Positions 53,905 through 64,000 of a stretch of DNA of 64,000 nucleotides are shown here, in pieces; the stretch's first letter is position 1, and each line of letters opens with the position of its first letter. Both the position numbers and the translations under genes were made by a program. Location: NCBI GenBank assembly GCA_028023455.1, contig JAQFVV010000003.1:17856001-17920000 (forward strand), read 5' to 3'. A model generated the notes under the pieces. That model made no database searches and was not told the DNA's origin. It saw only the letters and a program-made list of their open reading frames with translations. This stretch comes from Epiperipatus broadwayi (taxonomy: Eukaryota > Animalia > Onychophora).

Positions 53905-54850
53905 CACCTGGGTCTCGTTTTATGCGGATTATTTTAATGCGATTTTGAAGTTATGCAATTCATGTTTCTTCTTAATATCCTTCATATTTCACTATATTTA
54001 TTAGATATCAAAAAATTTAAATTATTAATAACTTATTTTGACTTGAATGTTATATTAGCAGCTAACGTGAATATGGCCTGAAGCTGTATTTAGAATCTCA
54101 GCTTCTATATAAATAACCTACTTATACTAATGAGTAAATAATAATAATAGATTTATACTTATATATACAAATATCAAAATAAATATTCAAAATTTTTGAA
54201 CTTTTAAAACATATTTTGTTAAATATAACAGAAATAAATAATCGTAGATTTTTAAAATAAATAACGAAGATTTTATTGATTTTCTAAACAGAAAATAATC
54301 TTACTAATGATAATGTATAATCTTTTTGTTTTGATTGCGATCTCATTTTTTTAATATAGAAACAGAAAACCATTAATACAGCACAAGACTTAAAGTAGTG
54401 CTAGTTGTACATCACATCATGAATAAAAATAAAATGGCTAACAGGATTCTCTGGGCATAATTGCTGAGAAATTCTTGACTTCATTTAAGAAGCCACAATA
54501 CATCACATCACATCGAATCTAATTTCTTACCAGTTTACAAACGAACGCTAGCGGTAATGATTAAAATATTATGAAAAATGTAAAATTAAATACTGTAGTA
54601 ATAAAAAAAGTTTGTCTTGTATTAATTTTTTTCAAATATTTGAAATTTTTTATTAGTCATACTTTATTTGTTTATTTTTTTAACGTGAATTTTAAAGTAA
54701 TTTTTCCTTGTTGCTTTGCTTTTATGCGAATTCAGAAAATTACAGCACATATCCCCTATTTTTCAAGGTAAGTTATCTTTATTTTTGTGCGATTTCTTTT
54801 CTGCGCATTTTCTGAGTAATCTATCTACCACATAAAATGAGAACCGGGTG
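53905..54850. mobile_element. Non-autonomous Tc1/mariner-pogo-type DNA transposon (MITE), about 946 bp
   Basis: TIRs CACCTGGGTCTCGTTTTATGCGG / CCACATAAAATGAGAACCGGGTG flanked by TA on both sides; subterminal TT(A/G)TGCG repeats; no transposase ORF. Confidence 0.8.
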
Positions 54851-55529
54851 TATATTAATTTACATCTTATATTTCTTACATTATAAAATAAACAAAAACC
54901 CAGATATTGGATTGGTGTGTTTATTTTTATATATTACTTTCTTTTATATATTCAATATATTTGATTATTATTTAACCTTGATGTATGTAATATCTAAAAA
55001 ATCAGTACTTAGTGATCTAAATAGATACATATTTTTTACTATAATGGGTAAAAATAATGCTCATTATTAAATTTGATTATATACATTAAAATATATAAAT
55101 CTACATTTCTTATACTGATTGACTTTAATTAAATAGATTTTGATTTTTTAAATTTAATTAAATGATAACAAAACTGACATTTTAATATTTTTTGGATGTT
55201 AATTTGATAAATAAATTTAAAGGTGAATTCATTCTTTAATCCATCTAAATTATTTTAGTTTAGAAATAAATAATTTCATCTAAAGAATATAAATTTAAGG
55301 GATATTAACATTGTTATTATTAAAGTAAATATGTTATTATACAAACTTATAGTATGTTAATATAATTTACAGATATTAAGATAATCATTGATATAGCATT
55401 ATCTTAGATAGGGTATTTCAACAGTAAATCATATTTTAAATTATTCTATCTTGAATTATAGTTAAAGCGTTATCTTGGACTAGAACAGGTTAAATGATTT
55501 ATTATAGTTATTTTTTTATTACTGCATAA

Positions 55530-56560
55530 ATCTTCAAAGAATTCTTCCCCACATCTTTTCTTCTTATTGCTAAATGTTTTATTTTTTTTTAAAGTTTTAT
55601 TCTCTTCTATAGTTTTCCTCAACAATTCTCAATTATATTTTCTTATTAATTATTAAATCTTTTTTATAATATTTTATAGAACTCCAGATATTTGATTTCT
55701 CTTAATGAATAATTTTTACATATTTTCCTATTTCTTTCTTTCTTTTTGTCATATATTGTCCTTCAAATGTTTCCTTTTTGACCCAGAGACTTTTGTTGCA
55801 GTTCTTACTAGAGTATCAGTTGTCTTTTTATTAATCTCAGTTGAAACTTTGAATAATTTCAAAGTCTGCCAATATTTTAAAATGATTAATAAGTTCTAAC
55901 TTAAATTCATTGAACTGGTTCTGAGGGTTAGGAATATCAATTGTTAGTAATGACTTTTTTAATACTAATTTTTGTCTCTCTAGTTTTGTACTTCACTAAT
56001 TGATCGTTTCCTGTGTTGAATCTATTAAGAATATTACATATAATCCTGAAGTATACATTTTCTGACAGTCAAAATATAATTCAATTCTTTTTCTTTCATT
56101 TGGATGTGTCCATGTCCATGTTTTTTAAAGAAAGAATTCACTCATTTTTTTCTTTTTCTGAAAATTCCATAATTCTGTGTCATCTCTCATTTTTGTTACT
56201 ATCATCAAATATACCCACAGCATTTTGATCTTTCTATCATTTTCCAGTTCTAACATTAAAGTCTCCCATAGCAATTTTAAAATATTATTTAGTGTGATCA
56301 AACGCATTTTGAATATCTATATAAAAAATCTCTACTTCTTTATAACAATAAAAACATATTGAGGCATAAACTAAAATTTCTACATTTGATATCTTCATTG
56401 AATTGAATAAATAATTTTAGCACTGTTTGATATACCACCAATCTTTACAATATTGTTTTTCCACACTTTACTTAAAATAAATCCACTCCACTTGTGTTTC
56501 TAATACCTTTGTATTTGTAGTAAAATATGATCACTTTAATGTCTCTTCACTCTTTTTTAA
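55530..56560 (-). mobile_element. RTE-clade LINE endonuclease and linker remnant (same family)
   Basis: Colinear with 10.3-11.4 kb (AATTTTTGTCTCTC, TTAAAGTCTCCCATA, CCACTCCACTTGT). Confidence 0.7.
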
Positions 56561-56564
56561 ATAA

Positions 56565-56708
56565 ATGTAATTAGACAGGATTTGAACCCAGACTTTCAAG
56601 CTCCCTTTAGTCATCCACTCCATCTTAAACAACCAATGCAAATCACCACATGAAGTGGATGATTAAAGAAAACTTGAAAGTCTGGATTCAAATCCGTTCT
56701 AATTACAT
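56565..56708. repeat. 55-bp-arm fold-back containing B-box-like GG(G/A)TTCAAATCC
   Basis: 56565-56619 is inverted relative to 56654-56708; the same tail sequence occurs at 61575-61625 and, inverted, at 61905-61945. Confidence 0.8.
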
Positions 56709-56788
56709 CCAGTTTAAAGTATATACGCTATACTTGTATTTAAATATTACATATTCAGCCTGTATTCTGCCCATCTCTCTTCTGTGTT

Positions 56789-56967
56789 AAATGGGCTTAA
56801 GATCCTACATAGATCAAAATGACTTATGGTCAACATGAGTATGACAACAGAATTGGCAAACAAAGACCTTGAAAATATCACCATCTATTTTCAATAAAAT
56901 GAATGGTGAAAGACTTGGAGAGCATAGAGTATTTGAGGGTTCAGGATTTGCTATCTTGGTATGAACT
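56789..56967 (+). repeat. About 180-190-bp unit repeated at 61246-61434
   Basis: AAATGGGCTTAAG...AATGACTTATGGTCAACAT...GTATGACAACA...GGATTTGCTATYTTGGTATGAA shared. Confidence 0.85.
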
Positions 56968-58759
56968 CATACACTTCACCTAAGTTAATGTCTTATCCTA
57001 ATTATGACAATAACAAATTTATTACTACTTAAATAAAATACAATATGGTCTCTTAAATTTAAAATAAGATAAAGAATAAGCTAGGATTACACTCAGATAT
57101 TAAGAATGAGTAAGGGATTTTGTAACTACCCTAAACATCTTAGAACAAGTCTATATAACAATTTCTAAATATGAACTACATTTTGTAAAATTAAATCTTC
57201 ATAAAATAATAAATATGATCTTCCAATATGAAAATAATTTTAGAATAAATATGCACAGTGATTTAACTTTAAAGCGCTGATAAAATATATTTTATTGGCT
57301 GAGTGAGGTAAAAGTCAAAACTTTTAATTGGTTATTTAAAGTCAAGTCACAATTCACAAACTCAAACATTAAAATATATTCATCTTTTAATATTATATTC
57401 ACTTTAGTTTTGTTTGTAATAAGTATATTAATAATTTGTCAGGTTATAAAAATGAATTAAAGTTTTTTCAAAAATAAATTGTTATTATATAAATTTTCGC
57501 TAGCAGAAAATGTAAAACAAAATCTTACTCCCCAATCAAAACGTTTTGCTAACAATGTGATTTTCTTTGCCAATTTTAGTTGTAGAAAAAAGCAAATAAT
57601 TTTTTTTAAAAGTCTTAACTATTTTTCCAAAATAATTTTATTTTTAGCATATTTTATCAAAATAATTTATAATTTGTCAAAAAAATACTGTTAAAATGGT
57701 CTAAAACATTCGTTTATCATTTTCGAAATAAAACAAAAACAGGTCATAACTCTTTACTTTTTGGCAGCCATTTTCTTTGTTGTCAAAATTTAATAGCCAA
57801 TCAGATTTAAGAAGGGGCATTATTTTTTTCTTTGTTTGATGTAAAAGGTCATTTTTATTGATTTTTTACTTGTAAAATAATTCAAAAGAAGGCAGCATCT
57901 TACAGAACTTTTTTTAATCTTTACAAAGAGCCCAAAATTGTAATCGTAGTACGAAAAGTGACCGATTTAGAGTGACATCAAGCCACTTCACTTTTAAATG
58001 AATCAGGCATGCAAAGAGTTTAAAGCATATATGCTATACTTGTATTTAAAAATTATCATATTTATTTGAGTGCTACTGATACTGATGTATGGGTCATCTA
58101 TACACACAATTCACTTACATTCCATACACTCTTAATACTAAAAAAAACTTTTAAATAAATTAATTGCTTCAGAATCATAAATTTTTAATAATAAAAATTA
58201 TTTAATTCTTTTTATTTCATTTCTTTCAAAGACAATCATAGCCTCAACAAAACTAATAATGTGGCTTGTATCTTTTCATGGATATATAAAGCAGAACTGA
58301 GATATTTATTTCTAATCCTACTTTTATGTACCTTTAATCTTTCATTTAATCTCAAACTACTCTGACCTATATATACCATCTTACAAAACAAATAATAATA
58401 TATACTACTCCCAGAATAGACTTTCTATCAAAAATTTCCTTTGTATTATTTAATAAATTATTCAAAATAATACCCCCTTTTCAAGCAATTTTCTTACTTC
58501 CAAACAAATTATTATTTTTACTTAAAATTCTATTCTAATCTCAAAAGCTTTTATTTATGAAAAATAATGTTTACATACTTATAACAGACAGGAAAAAAAT
58601 GTTTTACACATCATCAACAGTCTGGGACCATTTGTATATTGATTATCTTCTGATAAATAATAGTATACTGCTGTAGCTTTTCCATTCACCTATCAGCATT
58701 GATACAAAATAAATCTATTATTCATCTTTTGCTTAGCCACTAATGAGTCGGTGGATCTG

Positions 58760-61020
58760 GTATATTAAGCAACTTTCACGTTTCATTATACATGAATTTT
58801 GATGCAATGATAGTCTCTGTTTTTTACTTTCCTAATATTGTTCATGAAAAGACTGACTGGTTCAGGGACAGGCACTGTGAACAATAGCTTACATCTGACA
58901 TTCCATATAGCATGTACAATAAAGATGGAAAGTCTAATAATAGGAAAATGTTTAGTTTGTAAGGCTTCCCTTATAGACATGATTTTGTAGTAATCCATCC
59001 TTAAGTTTTGGTATATGGCTAAATTTATTTTATTGAGCCCAGGGCATGAGTATGTTATATAATTGAATGACTCTTCTAGCCTTTTATATATTTGACAAAA
59101 AGGGTCTATCTTATTGTAGAATCTTTTGAAATGAAGGAATTTATTTGTGGGCATGGCTTCTAAGTTTATTTTAATAATGAGATTAAGGTATTTAGGCTCA
59201 AAAGTAAGAAATTTAAAAATTGTTGTTAATTTGTAGTTGGTGAAGCCAAGATTTGGAGCAATTGTGGGATAATTTAGATTAATTATACTGTACACCTCCC
59301 AGATGATAATTTTTGATTTTTGTAATTTTTGATCTATAGTTAAATGCTGGTTAAGCGTGCAGAGTAGTTGATCCAGCCAACACATTTTACAAGACAGAGG
59401 TCAGTCTGTAGGTTAAATTGGTTCACTGAAAGTTATTGATTCATGTTTTTTCATCAGGTTAATAATTAATGTAAAAGATTTTTGAAAAATAATTGCATCA
59501 ATGGAGTGGAAGGACAACCCATTGTATCTATGATGAACTTGCATTCTGGACATGCTAATTGATGTGGTGCTGTCCTTCCAGAAAATTTTGGAGCATAAGC
59601 TGTTAATCTTTTTGGAAAAGGCTTTTGAAATGGTAATGATTGGCAGATAGTATGCAATTCTCAACATGACTTTCATGTTGAGAAGTGCCACCTTTCCTTG
59701 TAATGACAAATATACTTTCAAGAGAGTTTGAATTATTTTATAGAATCTATTAGAGTATTTTGTAGCTGTCTTGACATTGATGATTGAGAAAGGTAAATAG
59801 GAAAGCCCAGAAATTCTTGTGGCTTGGCGAGAAATCTTGAGGTTATTGTTTTCCCCAGAATTTTTCACAAAGAGGATTTCTTGGGGTTGAATTTAAGATG
59901 AGATGACAATGAGAAATTGTCTATTATTTGGTAGAGCTTTGGTAGGAATTTTTGGGATGGAAGAATAACCAAGATATCATCCATATATGCGAATACCTTG
60001 AGTGATCTCTTAATTCTGGGTATGTATATTTCTGGGAATGATATTTTTATGTTTTTAGAAGTGGATTTAAATAACAGATGAACAGCAGGGTGCTGAGTGG
60101 GGAACCTTGTGGAATGGAAATATCGGGTTGGAAACCATTAGTATAGCATCCATTCAGGGCGATGTGAATTTGTCTATTGTTAAGCAGATTTTCTATGATT
60201 TGGATAATTTGAGAGGGAATGTTGATTTCACTTAATACAGCAAGAAGTTTGAGAATGTTGACAGAGTTGAACACCTCTGATGACGAGTTGAATTGTAATA
60301 GGCTTGGACATTCGCTTGGATCTAACATACTCAAAAGTGTCCTAACTTCACCAATTGCCATAAAAGGTGAAGATCCTTTCTTAGCATATTGGGACTGAAC
60401 AATGTGGTTAAGAATTGCCTGCTGTATTTTTTTCTTCATTACTCCTTCAATTACTTTGAGCATAATGGGAGTCATGGAGATAGGTCTTATGTTGTTGATA
60501 TTGGTAGAATCTTTATTTTTCTGTATGTATGGCACCAGTGCTATTGGGTACAGATTGTGTATTTGTCTTTTCCCAGTAGCAAGGTGGTCTACCATACCCA
60601 TCATAATCGGGATTGCAAAATTACTAAGGTGTGATATTAGGAATTTTGGTATGGCATGCATCCCTGGATGAACACTGACTGGAAGAGCAGAAAGTCTGTC
60701 CTGCAGATCAGAATATGTAATTCCATGGTTAATAGCATCAGAGTGAGCCTTCCAGTTACATTTGTTTGTAATTGGGTTATTTTGTAGATGGTTTTTAAAG
60801 TACTGACTTATGGATTCAATCATACATGGACCAGATATGCTGCTTCCATCTATTACCAGTGATGTAGGTGTAAGCAGTTTTTTGATAGCACCCATTTCCC
60901 ACCGCAGATAACTTCTGATCCAGCAATGCTGGCTGTGAGATAATTTTGTGCTTGTTTGATGGAAATGTATTTGGTGATGGCAACCTGCTTAACTTTATAT
61001 TGATGTTTAAGTTCCAAAAA
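58760..61020 (-). mobile_element. 5'-truncated L1/Tx1-like non-LTR retrotransposon (RT plus C-terminal CCHC-like region), few disruptions
   Basis: ORF 60047-60895 has RPISM and PQGSPLS..LF; a +1 frameshift leads to FAYMDDIL (59976-59987) and FLGFPI; ORF 59413-59868 has LSLQGKVALLN...KKINSLCSKIFWK...GLSF (L1/Tx1 signature); ORF 58786-59385 has a degenerate zinc finger; no endonuclease present. Confidence 0.85.
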
Positions 61021-61245
61021 TTTAAATGGCAAAGAAATAAATCATATTTTTCTTTATCTTTTACTTATGCTTTGTTTCAAAAAGATCAATTTTATTAAGA
61101 TTATTTTAATGATGGCTAATCTGATAAATTTGTTAAAAGTATTTTGATAGTAATAGTATTTGTAATAATATAAAGGAGAAAAAAAAATATTTTATTTCTT
61201 TGGCATTTGTACTTCTTATAGAATTGTATCAAAAAATAGTAATTT

Positions 61246-62012
61246 AAATGGGCTTAAGGTACTACATATTCAGAATGACTTATGGTCAACATAGGTATGA
61301 CAACACAATTGGAAAACAAAGATTTTGAACATATCATCATCAGATTTTCAATGACACAGATAGCTGAAGAGTTGACAGGTAGAGGATTGGGCCTGTCCAT
61401 TGAGGTTTGAGGATTTGCTATTTTGGTATGAATTGGCACTGATTATATATAGATATGTGGAAGATAAACATCCAGATCAACTGATGAGTGCTGGTTCAAC
61501 ATGAAATATGTATATTGGAGATCATTTATGTTTTTCATATGTATGTGGTTATGTGTATCATTTGTGTAAGATGAAGCTAATGACTAAAATGAGCTTGAAA
61601 GTCTGGGTCAAATCCCCTCTAATTAAATATAGAAATTCTAACTCCAGAATTTCAATAAGAAAATAAATATGAATTATTTATAAATATATACTATATATAC
61701 TTATATTTACCCACGTATTTACTCATTTTCTCAAACTGAATTTACATATATTTATACTCTAAAGATAGTGAGATATATGTTATAAAACTCATGCATATAT
61801 CTGCATTATATATTTGATAATTTAAAATAAATAAACAAATTATTAAGAAAAAAAATAAAAAAGTTTTAAAACAGATAGATTTGCAAAAATGAATTAAAAA
61901 CATAGGGAATTTGAATTCAGACTTTCAAGCCACTTTAACCATCCACACTATCTCATACTACTTGATACATATGTCCACACACATGCAGAAAAGATAAATA
62001 ATCACCAATATA
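61246..62012 (+). mobile_element. Hammerhead-bearing non-autonomous element with a partial inverted copy of its 3' part
   Basis: Unit 61246-61434, hammerhead 61476-61518, B-box tail to 61625; 61511-61617 is inverted at 61905-62012. Confidence 0.7.
61476..61518 (+). ncRNA. Minimal type I hammerhead ribozyme (second family)
   Basis: Helix I TCAA/TTGG, CUGAUGA (61481-61487), helix II GTGCTG/CAACAT (1 mismatch), GAAA, quasi-palindromic helix III ATATGTAT, predicted cleavage after A61514. Confidence 0.65.
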
Positions 62013-64000
62013 CATAAGACTGTATCATTTTCTTTTAGAATAAAACTATTTAAGAGTGAGGTGGGGGGGGGGAAATCAGATGACATAAGGATTTTAAAAC
62101 CTGGCTCTCTCTCTTATGTTTATAAACTAAATTTAGAAAAAAAAGATAAATGTTAAAAAAATAAATAAATGTGAAATCTTGTAAAATAAAAACTTGTCAA
62201 TAAGATTAATAGAAAACTCTTGTAAACTATATCATCGTCATGAATGCATAAGATAGTAGATTAATCTAGACAAAAGATTAGATAAAAGAGTAAAATTAAT
62301 TAAAAACCCAAATTAAAATTATGATTAAAAATAAACAATGGGAGAATTAGATATAAAAAGGGCAGCTTGTCTATTGTTTCCAGTTTCATTAGTTTGCCTT
62401 GAGTTTCTTTTCACTTTTATTCAAGTTTCACTTAAGTTTCATTATGAATGCCAGTTGAAGTTGCAGCAGAGTGTCAGTATTCATAGTTATTCTAACTCAC
62501 CAATTAATCAGAAAATATAATCAGAGGCCACAGAAGTAACATGTGTTCCTAAAGAACTTTGTAGTGTTCAGGTGGGCTTCATACCCTGGGTTTTCAGCTC
62601 CAACTGTTCTTGCCTGGAATCAATGCCTCGTCCATAATAAAGATGCTGTCATATACTCTCCCATTATCCATCTGAGAAATGGAAGGACACCTATAAATCC
62701 ATCAATGGAGACCAAAAGACCAGTTGGAAATAAAAACCAATGGAAATGTTTCATCTTGATATCATGAAAAACTTAGGTAAATATACCTTTCGATCATAAA
62801 TGTTTAGACATATTTTTTTAAATTGAAAAAACTGTAATGAAGGACAATCAATAATATTATTCTTTTGTGTTAAATTGTACTAATAGATTTATTTAAATAT
62901 GTGTGAATGTTGAATATTTGCTTAAAATGTTATTTGATCTCTCCCTTTTAACTGCTTTACCAGTAATTTAAGTTATAAATCTTTCCATGTGTAATTAGTA
63001 CTGCACTGGTTCCCCTGATCAAGAGTGTGAGCTAACCTGGGTAGATTTCAAGTGCTGGGTTCATGTGCCTGTCATCCAGGCATGCTGGCTATATATAACA
63101 TATATGGCCAGCTGGCACTTGAGACTTGTTCTCAAAACAAATAAATTGCTTTGGATAATAGGTTTTGGGCCCAGAAGTAGAGAGGTATTACAGCAGAAAA
63201 TATGGTAGTGATTGTGATTTTGTATAGCATCGATCTGGCTATAGGTATCACTGATGACTAATCTATCACTTGTATTCTACACCCTCTGCTTAAATGTGCA
63301 ATTTGAAGCCAAAGGTAATATAATAAGAAAGCCAATCTTGTAATACAATAACTAATAAATGTTAATAAGTAATCAATATATCAAAATAATTAATAATGTA
63401 TAAAAAAAAGATAAATATAAAAAATATTTTAGACAATGGCTGGTGGCAAATAAACCATAAAGATCTGTGGTGTGCATTGGATCATTACAAATGCTAACTG
63501 ACTTGGATTCTGATGTGCCATAAATGACCCAGCATAATTAAAATTAAAAGTTAAAAAGTTAGCAACTAAATTCCAAATAAACACCAAATTATGTAGAATG
63601 AAACTTGAACTCTGTGAGCAGTGTGAGAAGAGAAATAGACCAAGCAAACAAAATATAATATTGAGAATATAAAATATAAAAAATTATGAAATGTAAATAA
63701 GAGGAGAAAAAAGCTGCCAGAGAGATAAATAAATTTATATTGGGGGTTGATGTAATCAGGTGGGAATTAAAGAGAACTAAGGGTGAGTTTTGAGGTTAGG
63801 CGAACATTTTGTTTGATTTAAAATATTTAAAAATAAGGAAAATAAGTTATATAATATTATAAAAGAAATAATAAAGTATAAAAAATAATAAAGTTTAAAA
63901 TTAGTTATTAAAACTAATATGTATTAGAGCCAAAACAAAAATGAAGGCTCAAAATAAAGAATTAAGTAACATAGTATAACAGTCAGGAAGAAAGGGAGTC

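Noticed and set aside
56789-56967. Conserved peptide (QNDLWST.V.Q.NW.TK.L) in the repeated unit
   Set aside because: The two copies differ by frame-breaking indels and stops, and the peptide matches nothing I recognise
57250-58000. DNA transposon (Kolobok-like, TTAA-flanked)
   Set aside because: CpG-retaining and transposon-like in texture, but I could not match the two termini as TIRs
58720-58745. U2 snRNA target site for the Tx1-like element
   Set aside because: Only about 7 nt (GGCTAAG) of similarity and no second half-site at the 5' junction
62500-62770. Coding exon (ORF 62543-62767, or a long antisense frame with one stop)
   Set aside because: No recognisable domain or splice-site pair; cannot be supported
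250-63647. The many 60-130-aa ORFs in the track as host genes
   Set aside because: F/I/L/Y/K-rich compositions typical of AT-rich noise, or antisense shadows of TE ORFs; no recognisable domains or consistent exon chain

Overview
Very AT-rich eukaryotic DNA, probably from an invertebrate (inference from the repeat spectrum), that is intergenic or intronic. I recognise no intact host protein-coding gene. The long ORFs in the track all belong to decayed retrotransposons: several RTE-clade LINE copies (all on the minus strand), a fairly intact 5'-truncated L1/Tx1-like LINE with a YMDD motif, a Ty3/Gypsy gag-pol remnant and a Penelope-like GIY-YIG fragment. Most short ORFs are noise or antisense shadows. 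Old repeats show strong CpG-to-TpG/CpA decay. Two things stand out. (1) A CpG-retaining cluster at 6.4-9.0 kb holds a non-canonical tRNA-Gly(TCC) and two related tRNA-like genes with an 18-nt intron-like hairpin in the anticodon loop. All three share C58, U73 and a TGACA trailer; an inverted (T)GTCA leader is present in two. (2) There is a high density of fold-back structures carrying minimal type I hammerhead-ribozyme cores, in three sequence families. One family occurs as circularly permuted copies, as expected for a retrozyme or tandem pseudo-LTR, and another sits next to a tRNA-derived unit. All alignments, folds and identity figures were made by eye and need computational confirmation.
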